The notes: generated by a model not told the origin, from the letters alone. A stretch of 64,000 bases of DNA from Nanobdellota archaeon (GCA_030688225.1 JAUYIO010000021.1:12080-76079); one strand, 5' to 3'. Positions 38,931-48,882 are shown, numbered from the stretch's first letter. Made by a program: numbers and translations.

Positions 38931-39386
38931 TTATTCGTCGTCCTCGGCATCTTCACGCCTTATGACTTTAACATTATCAAGTTTAATTGTAACTGGCAAT
39001 GGAACAACTGCTCCTAATAAGCTAACAACTACTTCTCCTTTTTGTTTATCAATTCTTAAAACTTTTGCTTTTTCTTTTTTGAAAGGTTCTGCGATTATTT
39101 CTACAATATCTCCATCTTTTATTGAAACAGCTGTCACAGAAGGTTCTACCATATTTTTTATCTCTTCATAACCGACGGTTTTTCCAATTATTCCTTTTAT
39201 GTAAGGTAAATTAAAAACAGCTTCTTCTGCAGATTCTCTGTCTTCTGCTTCAAGAAGAATGTAACCTCGCAAACCATGCGGACGCAAAACTGAAAAAACA
39301 TTTAAGTTTTTCTTTTCAACTTTTTCTGCAATCATGTCAACTGCTCTCTCTTCCTTGTTTGTTATTACTTTTACAATAAATATCAT
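38931..39386 (-). CDS. spt5: transcription elongation factor Spt5 (NusG)
   Basis: LRGYILLEA; KOW domain GDIVEII.EPFK.EKA.V. Confidence 0.94.
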   Translation of the reverse strand: MIFIVKVITNKEERAVDMIAEKVEKKNLNVFSVLRPHGLRGYILLEAEDRESAEEAVFNLPYIKGIIGKTVGYEEIKNMVEPSVTAVSIKDGDIVEIIAEPFKKEKAKVLRIDKQKGEVVVSLLGAVVPLPVTIKLDNVKVIRREDAEDDE

Positions 39387-39466
39387 TTTGTTCGCACTAC
39401 CCCATAACTTCTTAAGAAGTAGATGAAGATTTATAAAATTAGAGGTTTATAAATTTTTGTGAGAGG

Positions 39467-41422
39467 TTATTTATGTGAAACAACAAGTCTTGGTCTTTTT
39501 GAAGTATCAGGATTGTCGCTGCTACGGAATGCCCCATCATTAGAGGGACGTTTGTAAGAGGCTGTTAAAGCCATACCATAATTAGAAACTCCTTTAACCC
39601 ATTCTTCAACCAGAGGCGTTACGTCAAATTCATGCCACCCATTATAATTTGTAAGTGTCACACTTGTTATATTTTTATTATCATAATCAGGTTTGTTATT
39701 CCATTTAATAGATTCATTCCAATTTTCCAAAACTTTTTTTACATTGACTTTTACAGGTTCGTTGTATAAAGATCCTACTCCATACAAATATAATTTTGCA
39801 GAAGTGATTGAAGCTCCGGAAGGAATTGAGGATAATGGAAATTGAATGAATGATTCATAATCCCAAATTCCTGATAACTTGGATACCTCTAATCTTTCGT
39901 TATCTTCTCCTTCATAAGAAACATTTCCATTCGCGTAGTAATTTACAGAAACATAAGCATCTTTTCCTTCTGGGCCAGGTTGTATTGTTGTTGTGATTTC
40001 TTGTCCTGTTGAACCCATCTCATTTAAAATTTTTTCAAATGAAATTACAGGATAAGCATAATCTGGAATAACACTGCTAAATATTCCCATATCAACGCCA
40101 AGAGTCATCCAAAAATTTCCATAAAGTTTCCAACTTATTGGTGATGCGGCTTCAAATTTTAAACCGCTATTCACAGCTCCTTTTGGACCAGGAAAACCTT
40201 CATAAAATAAAATATTCAAAGACATTCCTGCATAAATTTCTGATTTTAAATCTTCTTTTACTAAACTATTAGAAAATTCAAAACTATTAGAAAACTCTCT
40301 TGATGTTCTCCAACCATTTTCATAGATAATTGCAGGAGAAAAATTTGCTTTTTGGAGAACGCGCGTTTCTAACGAGCCCATCAAAGTTGATTTTATTCCG
40401 ACGACAACATCCAGTTTTGGAGTGACTACAATTGGAACCGGAGGTGCAGGAGGAGGAAGAACAAAAGTGTAGGCTCCCAAATCTAATCTCGCAATTGTTT
40501 TCTCATTAGGAAGAATATAGTATCTTGCAGTGGAAGTTAGTTTAAGATCAACAGATTCATCAGAAACAATTTTGAATAAAAATTTTCCTGGAGTTTTAAA
40601 TTCGGCATCCAAGATATAATCTAAATTAAATGAAATATTTCCGTCAAGAAAAATTTCCTTATTTCTATCTTCAAGAATAACTTTTTTCAAGTCATATGAG
40701 AAAGCAGATGCAGATGAAGCATTTTTAAAAACTCCCTCGGAAAACTCTGTTGTTTTCGCAGTTGAGGGAGAAAGAGTTTGTCTAATTGAAAAAGAATTAT
40801 TTTTCAAAACTTTTTCAAGAGTTCCTTGTTTTGTCTGAATTGTTCTTTTATCCTGAGAAATATTTGTTATCTCTCTTAAAATTCCTTTAGGAGTGTTATT
40901 GTTTATTCCTGCAACAATTATGTCTCCTTGAGAAAAAGAAACAGGATTTGTGAAAGATAAGCTGTTTTCATTAACAGAAGATAATTGATTAATCTGATTT
41001 TGGGAGAGAACATTTACGTTATAAGAATTTTTTACAAGTAAATTCCAAGATTGTTCTGCTCTTGCATTTTCTCCGTCGGCAACTATTAATTTAACAGAGT
41101 AAATCTTGTCTTGTGAAACTTCTGGAGATGTTCCAAAAATAATATTGTGAGTGACTGACAACCAGGAAGGGCCTTCAATTCTGTAATTCACCAAATCTCC
41201 GTCAGGATCTTGTGCTTGAATTTGATATTCGTAATAAGAATTTTCATCAATTTGCGTTAAAGGGCTGGAAGAAATTACTGGAGGATTATTTTTTTGAGAA
41301 ATTTGGGTTGAAGATTGTTTTTGAGAGATGGATGTTGGAGAAGAATCATCTCCACAAGTTATTAACAAAAGTGAGGTTAAACCAGTTATTAAACCTCTTT
41401 TCAACACTCTTTCAAGATTCAT
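39467..41422 (-). CDS. putative lipoprotein with cadherin/Ig-like and DNRLRE-like domains
   Basis: LLLITC lipobox-like; NNPPVISS...A.DPDGD; KDAYV...IQFPL...SAKLYLY...FDVT..V..W...RPRL. Confidence 0.7.
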   Translation of the reverse strand: MNLERVLKRGLITGLTSLLLITCGDDSSPTSISQKQSSTQISQKNNPPVISSSPLTQIDENSYYEYQIQAQDPDGDLVNYRIEGPSWLSVTHNIIFGTSPEVSQDKIYSVKLIVADGENARAEQSWNLLVKNSYNVNVLSQNQINQLSSVNENSLSFTNPVSFSQGDIIVAGINNNTPKGILREITNISQDKRTIQTKQGTLEKVLKNNSFSIRQTLSPSTAKTTEFSEGVFKNASSASAFSYDLKKVILEDRNKEIFLDGNISFNLDYILDAEFKTPGKFLFKIVSDESVDLKLTSTARYYILPNEKTIARLDLGAYTFVLPPPAPPVPIVVTPKLDVVVGIKSTLMGSLETRVLQKANFSPAIIYENGWRTSREFSNSFEFSNSLVKEDLKSEIYAGMSLNILFYEGFPGPKGAVNSGLKFEAASPISWKLYGNFWMTLGVDMGIFSSVIPDYAYPVISFEKILNEMGSTGQEITTTIQPGPEGKDAYVSVNYYANGNVSYEGEDNERLEVSKLSGIWDYESFIQFPLSSIPSGASITSAKLYLYGVGSLYNEPVKVNVKKVLENWNESIKWNNKPDYDNKNITSVTLTNYNGWHEFDVTPLVEEWVKGVSNYGMALTASYKRPSNDGAFRSSDNPDTSKRPRLVVSHK

Positions 41423-41469
41423 TATAAATCTATTTTCTTTTAGAAATATTTAAAGATTTATGTAAAAGA

Positions 41470-41640
41470 CTATACAAAAACTTTCATCAACAAACTAATT
41501 GCAAATCCAATTGCCCCCACTATCCCTATTCCAATTGCAGAAACTTTTGAAATTGTTTGAAATTCTTTTCTTGAAGGTTTTTTCAAAATATGCCACACTC
41601 TTCTGCATTTAATGAAAAATGATTTTGCCTGTTCAATCAT
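41470..41640 (-). CDS. secE: protein translocase SecE/Sec61-gamma; not in the ORF track
   Basis: Manual translation ...RVWHILKKPSRKEF...GIGIVGAIGF; ftsZ-secE-spt5 synteny. Confidence 0.92.
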   Translation of the reverse strand: MIEQAKSFFIKCRRVWHILKKPSRKEFQTISKVSAIGIGIVGAIGFAISLLMKVFV

Positions 41641-41670
41641 GATTTAAGGAGAAATAGGGAGTTTTTAAAA

Positions 41671-42774
41671 TTATTCAAAAAACTCAATCCCCAATTCCTC
41701 TTCAATTTCCTGGTGTTTTCTTTTTTCCAAACTATCTGTGTGTCCTAAAATCTGATTACTCTTTACACCTGTAACAATTAACAAAACTCTTATTGATTTT
41801 TCCATGTCTGGTGAAAGTTGTGCTCCCCAGATTAATTTCGCATCAGGGTTTAATTTTTCTCCAACTGCCTCAATTATTAATTTGCATTCGTCAAGGCTCA
41901 TGTCAGAACCCCCGATAATATTTACAAGAGCGCCTGTTGCATTTGAGATATCAACATCAAGAAGTGGATTTTGAATTGCCTTTTCAACAGCTTCTATTGC
42001 TCTTTGTTGTGTGTCTGATTCTCCCAAACCAATCAACGAAACTCCTCCGTCAACCATCACAGCTTTTATATCTGCAAAATCTAAATTTACCAAACCTGAT
42101 TTTGTTACAAGCTCTGTAACCCCTTTTACTGCGTTTGTCAAAATCTCGTCGGCAATTTTAAATGCTGTGTGTAATGGCAGTTCTGGTGCAAGTTCAAGAA
42201 GTTTATCATTTGGAATTACAATCAGCGTATCAACTGTTGATTCCATTCTTTCCAAACCTTCCATTGCATTTTCAATTCTTTTTTTCCCTTCAATTGTGAA
42301 AGGAAGAGTAACAACCCCTATTGTTAAAGCGCCTTGTTTTTTCGCCAGATTCGCGACGACAGGAGCGGCGCCAGTTCCTGTTCCACCTCCTAAACCACAG
42401 GTAATGAATATCATATCACTTCCTTCAATTTTTTTCTTTATCTCAGACTCAGATTCTTTTGCAGCTTCTTTTCCAACTGTCGGATTACTTCCTGCTCCCA
42501 AACCTTGAGTTAATTCTCTCCCAATTAATATTTTCTGATCAGAATTTGCATATAATAAATCTTGGGCATCTGTGTTAATTGCAATTAATTCTCCCCCTTT
42601 AATCCCTATCTCTTTCATTCTGCTTAAAGAGTTATTTCCTCCACCCCCAACACCAATTACTTTTATTTTTGCAGATTGTTTTTTTAGAAGTTCTTCTAAT
42701 TCTCTGTCAATTTCTTGCAAATGTGGTGCAATGTCAGATATTACAGAACCATTATCGCTTGAGTAAACAGCCAT
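41671..42774 (-). CDS. ftsZ: cell division protein FtsZ
   Basis: GVGGGG.N, NTDAQ, GGGTGTG, NLDFAD. Confidence 0.98.
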   Translation of the reverse strand: MAVYSSDNGSVISDIAPHLQEIDRELEELLKKQSAKIKVIGVGGGGNNSLSRMKEIGIKGGELIAINTDAQDLLYANSDQKILIGRELTQGLGAGSNPTVGKEAAKESESEIKKKIEGSDMIFITCGLGGGTGTGAAPVVANLAKKQGALTIGVVTLPFTIEGKKRIENAMEGLERMESTVDTLIVIPNDKLLELAPELPLHTAFKIADEILTNAVKGVTELVTKSGLVNLDFADIKAVMVDGGVSLIGLGESDTQQRAIEAVEKAIQNPLLDVDISNATGALVNIIGGSDMSLDECKLIIEAVGEKLNPDAKLIWGAQLSPDMEKSIRVLLIVTGVKSNQILGHTDSLEKRKHQEIEEELGIEFFE

Positions 42775-42805
42775 GATTATTATAGCTAACTGCTATTTAT
42801 AAGAA

Positions 42806-43444
42806 TTATTGTGATGTTTTAGGGATTTCCTTGATTTCAAGTTCTAATCCTAAAAGGTCTTTGAATTTATCCCTGAATAAGTTAAAGAATTCTCCAAATT
42901 GCTTGTCAGCTTCTATAAAAAGCTTTTTTCCTTCAATATTAAATTTAAAATCTTTTCTTGTAAAGAATTCTATTAGTGCTTTTGTTTTTTCATTTATATC
43001 TTCTACTTTTTTTAATACTTTTACCTCATAAACAACAGTTTTTCCTGCAAGAGGATGATTAAAATCAACAATAACTCTTCCCCCTGAGACTGACAAAACT
43101 TTTGCTATCTTCCCATCAAAGTTAAAAACAGAACCAGGAACAGGATTTGTTTTTTGTTGATGAAAAATTTTGATTGGAATTACTTGAACCAAATTAGTCT
43201 CTCTCTTTCCAAAAGCTTTTTCAGGAGACAATTCAATTTCATATCTTCCATTTTCTTTTCCAATAAGAAAGTCTTCAACACCTTTAAGGAACATACCTTC
43301 TCCTAAACAAAAAACAAAAGGTTTTGCTTCCAATTTTAATCCTGCTTTTTTAATATCCTCTTGAATGTTTGAATCAAAAATAGAGCTATTTTTTATTTTC
43401 CCTGTGAATTCTATCTCAATAAAATCTTTTTTTGCAAATGGCAT
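42806..43444 (-). CDS. FKBP-type peptidyl-prolyl isomerase (SlyD-like)
   Basis: PEKAFG.R, VDFNHPLAGK. Confidence 0.92.
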   Translation of the reverse strand: MPFAKKDFIEIEFTGKIKNSSIFDSNIQEDIKKAGLKLEAKPFVFCLGEGMFLKGVEDFLIGKENGRYEIELSPEKAFGKRETNLVQVIPIKIFHQQKTNPVPGSVFNFDGKIAKVLSVSGGRVIVDFNHPLAGKTVVYEVKVLKKVEDINEKTKALIEFFTRKDFKFNIEGKKLFIEADKQFGEFFNLFRDKFKDLLGLELEIKEIPKTSQ

Positions 43445-43496
43445 TTATTAATTGGATTTTGAGAATGTTTATAAATGTATTTTTTTTAGTTAAAAT

Positions 43497-43883
43497 ATGG
43501 TTTTGAAAATAATTGAGGCGACACAAGCGAAAGTAGGAACAAATATTATCGTCGATGGAACACCGTGCGTTGTCAAGAGCATGGACATTAGTAAAACAGG
43601 AAAACACGGACATGCGAAAGTTAGAATAGAAGCTGTCGGGATAATCACTGGACAAAAAAAAGTTTTTGTTGTTCCAGGGCATGAAAGAATGGAAGTTCCT
43701 ATGGTAGACAAGAGAAAAGGACAGGTTCTCTCAGTAGGAGATAATGTTAGCTTAATGGATTTGGAGAACTTTGAAACCTTAGAAGTTGCTTGTCCTGAAG
43801 AGATAAAATCAGAGCTTGAAGAAAATTCCAATGTAGAATATTGGGATGTTGAAGGTGAAAAAATAATTAAACGTAAATTATAA
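43497..43883 (+). CDS. eif5a: translation factor aIF5A
   Basis: SKTGKHGHAK hypusine loop. Confidence 0.96.
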   Translation: MVLKIIEATQAKVGTNIIVDGTPCVVKSMDISKTGKHGHAKVRIEAVGIITGQKKVFVVPGHERMEVPMVDKRKGQVLSVGDNVSLMDLENFETLEVACPEEIKSELEENSNVEYWDVEGEKIIKRKL

Positions 43884-43884
43884 C

Positions 43885-44046
43885 ATGGCAAAGATACAGG
43901 AAGCTACCACGAGATTGTTTAAGAATGTTTTTGTTTGTAAAAAGTGTCATACAAAAATAAGAGCGAAGCAACTGAAGATTCTTGAAGGGAAAGTAAAATG
44001 CAGAAAATGTGGAAGAAAAGCATTTCGTCCTTTAAAGAAAAAATAA
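43885..44046 (+). CDS. rpl40e: ribosomal protein L40e; not in the ORF track
   Basis: Manual translation MAKIQEA...VCKKC...KCRKCG...RPLKKK. Confidence 0.88.
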   Translation: MAKIQEATTRLFKNVFVCKKCHTKIRAKQLKILEGKVKCRKCGRKAFRPLKKK

Positions 44047-44062
44047 ATAAGTTTTGAAAAAG

Positions 44063-45493
44063 ATGGTTAATTTAGTTGTGCTTGATTTGTTACTGTTAGC
44101 TCTATTTGTAATTTTAATATCTTTTTTTCTTTACAAAAATAGAAAGAATCTTGGACAAGAAGGATGGCTTATGCTTTACAGGACAAAGTGGGGAATTAAA
44201 CTTATTGATTACGTCGGTAAAAAATATCAAAAAACTCTCAAAATTTTAAGTTACATCTCCATCGCAACAGGATACGTCTTGATGGTAGGTATTGTTATTT
44301 TAATCATTCAATCTGTTTATCTTTATTTCACTTCATCAATTTTGCAAAATTTCAAAGCCCCTCCTGTGGCCCCACTCATCCCTTATTTCCCAAAAATATT
44401 TGGATTGGAAGGTTTTTTTCCTGAATTTTATTTCATTGATTTTATAATAGCAATATTGATTGTTGCTACAGTTCATGAATTTTCCCACGGGATTTTTGCC
44501 AGAAGATACAACATCAGAATAAAATCAACTGGTTTTGCTTTCCTGAAATATTTCCCTGCAATTTTTGGGGCTTTTGTTGAGCAAGATGACAAACAGATGA
44601 CGAAAAAAACAAAGTTCAGCCAAATGTCGGTTCTTTCTGCAGGAGTATTTGCAAACATAATAACTTCAATTCTATTTTACTTCATACTCTTTTTATTTTT
44701 CTCTGTTTCTTTTTCAGCTACAGGAGTTGGATTTAATTCTTATAGTTATTCTATTGTGAATGTTTCAAAGATAGATTCTGTGAATGGCATTGAAGTAAAT
44801 AACATCCAAAATTATGATAATCTTCTTGAAAATTTAGAAGAAGAAGGATTAAATGAATTTTCTGCTGAAGATAAAAATTATATTGCTTCAAAGAAATTTC
44901 TTGAGAACCAAAAAGAAAACCAAGGGTTAATAATCCTCTATAACGACGCCCCGGCAATTAGGGCAGGGATTGGGAATATAATTCTCAAAATAAATGGTGA
45001 GGCTACTACCAGCTTGGAAAAATTAGAATCTGAATTGAAAAAATATTCTCCTGGAGATGTTGTTGAAATAGAGACACTTGAAAGCTCTGATATCAAAAAA
45101 TATAATGTTGAACTTAAAGAAAACCCGAATGACAAAACAAGAGTTTGGCTTGGAGTAGGATTTCTTTCACAGAAACAAAGTGGAGTAATTGGGAAAACCA
45201 TCTCTTACTTTCCTTCTTATAAAGAGCCTTATGTTTATTATGAACCAAAAAATGAACTCAGCTCTTTCATAAAAGATTTATTATGGTGGATTGTAATAAT
45301 CAATTTGCTTGTTGGATTTTTCAATATGCTTCCTTTAGGGATTCTCGACGGAGGAAGATTCTTTTATCTGACTATTCTAAGCATTACAAAATCTGAAAAA
45401 ATTGCCAAGAAATTTTTTAGCATAGTGTCTCTTCTTATTTTCTTACTTTTTTTCCTTCTATTAGCAAGATGGATTTTTATTAGAATTCTGTAA
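44063..45493 (+). CDS. site-2 protease (M50) with PDZ domain
   Basis: HEFSH, GAFVE, NMLPLGILDGG. Confidence 0.93.
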   Translation: MVNLVVLDLLLLALFVILISFFLYKNRKNLGQEGWLMLYRTKWGIKLIDYVGKKYQKTLKILSYISIATGYVLMVGIVILIIQSVYLYFTSSILQNFKAPPVAPLIPYFPKIFGLEGFFPEFYFIDFIIAILIVATVHEFSHGIFARRYNIRIKSTGFAFLKYFPAIFGAFVEQDDKQMTKKTKFSQMSVLSAGVFANIITSILFYFILFLFFSVSFSATGVGFNSYSYSIVNVSKIDSVNGIEVNNIQNYDNLLENLEEEGLNEFSAEDKNYIASKKFLENQKENQGLIILYNDAPAIRAGIGNIILKINGEATTSLEKLESELKKYSPGDVVEIETLESSDIKKYNVELKENPNDKTRVWLGVGFLSQKQSGVIGKTISYFPSYKEPYVYYEPKNELSSFIKDLLWWIVIINLLVGFFNMLPLGILDGGRFFYLTILSITKSEKIAKKFFSIVSLLIFLLFFLLLARWIFIRIL

Positions 45494-45592
45494 AATTTTA
45501 AAAAAATTTATTTTTGGATTTTAAAAAAAATCTTGGGAAAAAGTATTTAAAGCTTCTTAACGTAATAAAAATAATTAAAAAGAGGTATGAAA

Positions 45593-45643
45593 ATGGCAAA
45601 AAAGAAAGCTAAGAAAAAAGCTAAGAAAAAGAAAAGAAGGTAA
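45593..45643 (+). CDS. 16-aa Lys-rich micro-protein MAKKKAKKKAKKKKRR
   Basis: TATA-like TTTAAA at 45546, AGAGGT SD at 45581-45586, ATG...TAA, then T tracts. Confidence 0.65.
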   Translation: MAKKKAKKKAKKKKRR

Positions 45644-45769
45644 TTGAATTTATTTTTTATTTTTATTTTTTATTTATTATAAAATTTTAAGGTTTTATTT
45701 TTGTGTCCAATTTAACTTCTTTTTCTCTGTAAAAGATGGGTTTATAAAATATTTTTCTTTTTATTCAAT

Positions 45770-46441
45770 ATGGATGGTTTTAATAAAAAAGAGATTACTA
45801 TCTTAAAAAAACTGAATACTCCGTCGAAAATACAAGATTTTCTGGAGGAATTAGAGATAAATTTTGAAAAGAATGGTGATACTTGTGTTTCCCCAAAAAA
45901 AGTTCTTGAAACAGGAAAAGCTCATTGCATAGAGGCAGCCATATTTGCATGTGCTGCATTAAAAATGAATAATTATCCTCCTCTCGTCGTGGATTTAACT
46001 GCAAACGACAAAGATTATGATCACGTCATTGCTGTTTTTAAAAAAGGAAAATTCTGGGGAGCGATAAGCAAATCAAACAGAGCTATTTTAAAATACAGAG
46101 ATCCTATTTACAAATCAATAAGAGAATTAGTTATGTCTTATTTTAATGAATATTTTACCGACGATGGGAAAAAAACTTTGAGATCATACAGCATGCCTGT
46201 GAATTTAGATAAGTTCAATAAGTTGAATTGGATGTGTTCTGATGAAAATATATGGTTCATACCAGAATATCTTTTAGAGGTAAAACATTTTCCAATAGTT
46301 TCAAAAAAACAAGTTCATTCTCTTAGAAAAACCGAAGCCATAGAAGTTCATGCCGGAAAAATTCAACAATGGAAACCTGTTGGTGAAAAGGCAACAAAAA
46401 TAAAATATAAGAGAGATAAAATTTCTAAGATGGAGGTTTAG
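45770..46441 (+). CDS. transglutaminase/papain-like fold hypothetical protein
   Basis: AHCIEAA, DHVIAVF, WGAISKSN. Confidence 0.65.
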   Translation: MDGFNKKEITILKKLNTPSKIQDFLEELEINFEKNGDTCVSPKKVLETGKAHCIEAAIFACAALKMNNYPPLVVDLTANDKDYDHVIAVFKKGKFWGAISKSNRAILKYRDPIYKSIRELVMSYFNEYFTDDGKKTLRSYSMPVNLDKFNKLNWMCSDENIWFIPEYLLEVKHFPIVSKKQVHSLRKTEAIEVHAGKIQQWKPVGEKATKIKYKRDKISKMEV

Positions 46442-46792
46442 TTACAAATCAATAACTCCTTCTTTAGTGAGGGCTGCGAATCTTATTCCGACAGGCAAAT
46501 TGATTAGTGCAGAAATCAAAGCCATGTGTTCTTTTCCTTCGCCACTTGCTATTGAAAGGGCGACTTCTGTTCCATTTATTTTTCCTTTAAGTTTTTGTAA
46601 AAATTCATTTTGCAAATCTTTTATTTTTTTATCCAAATCTACTTTGAGAAATTCAAATTTTTTTTCATGTTTGAAATCTTTTGCAAAGTCTCCCCCAAGA
46701 AGAATTACATTGTCCCATTCTCCATGAGTCATTAATCCTGAAACTTGTGCCCAAGAACCTTTTCCTGTTGAAAGTAATGCTATGAGTTCCAT
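46442..46792 (-). CDS. conserved hypothetical protein
   Basis: LSTGKGSW, SGEGKEHMALISAL. Confidence 0.7.
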   Translation of the reverse strand: MELIALLSTGKGSWAQVSGLMTHGEWDNVILLGGDFAKDFKHEKKFEFLKVDLDKKIKDLQNEFLQKLKGKINGTEVALSIASGEGKEHMALISALINLPVGIRFAALTKEGVIDL

Positions 46793-46905
46793 CAAAAGAC
46801 ACCTCGCGGTTTCTTTTGTAAGCTTCCCTTCCTGTATTTGAAGGACGACATTTTCTTTGCAATCCGAAGATGTCGTATAAACATGGAATCACTTTTAAAT
46901 ACCAT
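46792..46905 (-). CDS. 37-aa basic small protein; not in the ORF track
   Basis: MVFKSDSMFIRHLRIAKKMSSFKYRKGSLQKKPRGVF; TGATG coupling to the next gene; TATA upstream. Confidence 0.55.
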   Translation of the reverse strand: MVFKSDSMFIRHLRIAKKMSSFKYRKGSLQKKPRGVF

Positions 46906-47042
46906 GTTAGGGAAAACAAGAATTTATTTATAAGGATTGTTATAGTAAAACTTATAAATGCCTTTTATCTAAGGAATTCATCGTACTACATCATCACGAA
47001 ATAAATTCTATGCTCGTGGTGCATAGGTAGAAGATATTTAAG

Positions 47043-47672
47043 ATGGATTTGAATGAAGATTTGAAAACAGCTTTAGCTGAATTAAGAAAAACAGAAGAAA
47101 GAAAATTCAACCAGAGTGTTGACTTAATTATAAATCTGCAAAAATTTGATGTCAAAAAAAATTCAATTAATCTTTTTACTTCTGTCCCTCATAAAATCAA
47201 AGACAAGAAAATTGCTGCATTCCTGGAAACTAAAAATAAAAATGTTGATACTATCACAAAGATGGAATTTAAAAAATATTCAGACAAAAAAGAAGTAAAA
47301 AAATTGGTAAAAAAATTTGATTTCTTTATTGCTCAGGCGAGTTTAATGCCTTCTGTTGCAACATCTTTTGGTAGAGTTTTGGGACCAGCAGGAAAAATGC
47401 CCTCTCCTCAATTAGGAATTATTACTAATAGCGATGACAAAACTATTAGTGAATTAAAAAATAAAATAGAAAATAGTGTGAAAATAAAAGTCAAAGAAGC
47501 AAGTATAAAACTTGCTGTTGGGAAACAAAGCATGAAAGACGAAGATATTATTGAGAACATTTTGGCAGTTTATAATGCTGTAATAAAAGCTCTCCCAAGA
47601 GACAAGGAGAACATAAAAAATATAGAGGTAAAATTCACAATGACTAAACCTCAGAAAATAAAAATAAGATGA
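47043..47672 (+). CDS. rpl1: ribosomal protein L1
   Basis: RKFNQSVDL.INL, GRVLGPAGKMP, VKFTM. Confidence 0.95.
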   Translation: MDLNEDLKTALAELRKTEERKFNQSVDLIINLQKFDVKKNSINLFTSVPHKIKDKKIAAFLETKNKNVDTITKMEFKKYSDKKEVKKLVKKFDFFIAQASLMPSVATSFGRVLGPAGKMPSPQLGIITNSDDKTISELKNKIENSVKIKVKEASIKLAVGKQSMKDEDIIENILAVYNAVIKALPRDKENIKNIEVKFTMTKPQKIKIR

Positions 47673-48010
47673 GTGAAGAAACAGAATTTCAGAAAAAATT
47701 TAAGAGAAATGAAGAATTTTATACTCAGGAGTATGTCATAAAGACAATAATGGATTCTTTTCCAGATGATGGAAGATATTCTAATGCGAGGGGATTTAAG
47801 GGTTTGATTAGAATCGCAAATGGTTCAATATGGGGACCAAAAAAACCAGAAAGTGTGGAAGAATTGACAAGAATAATTCCAAGTTTTTATCTTATTGAGC
47901 AATCTATAAGTATTTATGAAAAAGGTTCGGAATGTGATGAATGTAAAACTTCTTTCTTAGTTACTGACTGCGGATATATTTGCATTGAAAAGGAGGCTAT
48001 AAACTTTTAA
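47669..48010 (+). CDS. ORFan between rpl1 and rpl10
   Basis: 113 aa; ATGA overlap; CDEC...C...C; ends 1 nt before the L10 ATG. Confidence 0.6.
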   Translation: MSEETEFQKKFKRNEEFYTQEYVIKTIMDSFPDDGRYSNARGFKGLIRIANGSIWGPKKPESVEELTRIIPSFYLIEQSISIYEKGSECDECKTSFLVTDCGYICIEKEAINF

Positions 48011-48011
48011 A

Positions 48012-48878
48012 ATGACAGGGAAAAAAACAACTCATGTTTCAGAAGAAAAGAAAAAAATTGTAAAAGAATTGGCTAATTTGATAAAGAACAAAAAAACTGT
48101 TTTAATTGCATCAATAAAAAATCTTCCTGGTTCGCAATTTCAAGAAGTTGTGAAAAAGCTGAGAAGAAAGGCCATAGTGGTTGTTCCTAAGAAGAGTTTG
48201 ATTTTTAGAGCAATAGATGAATCAGGAAATGAAGCTGTCAAAAAGATAAAAGACAATATTACTGAAAGTGTTGCAATTCTATTTTCTGATTTGGATGCTT
48301 TTGAACTTGCAGGAGAGTTAATCAAAAGCAAGAGTGCTGCAAAGGCAAAAGTCGGGCAAGAAGCTCCAAGAGATATTGAAATAGAAGCAGGACCAACAGA
48401 ACTTGTTCCAGGACCTGCAATAAGCGAATTAGGTGCTTTGGGTATTCAAATTCAAATTAAAGACGGGAAAATAGAAATCAAGGCTCAAAAAATTATTGTG
48501 AAGCAAGGAGAGAAAATTTCTCAAGGTGCATGTGACATAATGAGCAAGTTAGATATAAAACCTTTTGAAAGTGGTTTTATCCCTGTTGCAGGTTTTGATA
48601 CTAAAGAAAATAAATTATATCTAGATATAAAAATAGATAGAGCAGGAACTTTGGAAAGCTTGAAAACATCTTATTCCAAATCTTTGGCTTTTGCTGTTGA
48701 AATTGAATATTTCTCTGAAGACACGATTAAATTTATTTTAAGAAAAGCTGCGATGGAAGAGAAGAAATTAGAAAGTTTGGAATCTTCTGAAGGAAGCCAG
48801 ACTAAAGAAGCTGAAGAAGAAAAAACAGGTGAGAGTAATGAAAATGTTCCTCAAGTAAATTTAGAGGAAGGGAAATAA
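48012..48878 (+). CDS. rpl10: ribosomal protein L10 (P0)
   Basis: AK.G..AP.DI, GPT...PGP.ISELG..GI. Confidence 0.95.
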   Translation: MTGKKTTHVSEEKKKIVKELANLIKNKKTVLIASIKNLPGSQFQEVVKKLRRKAIVVVPKKSLIFRAIDESGNEAVKKIKDNITESVAILFSDLDAFELAGELIKSKSAAKAKVGQEAPRDIEIEAGPTELVPGPAISELGALGIQIQIKDGKIEIKAQKIIVKQGEKISQGACDIMSKLDIKPFESGFIPVAGFDTKENKLYLDIKIDRAGTLESLKTSYSKSLAFAVEIEYFSEDTIKFILRKAAMEEKKLESLESSEGSQTKEAEEEKTGESNENVPQVNLEEGK

Positions 48879-48882
48879 AATA

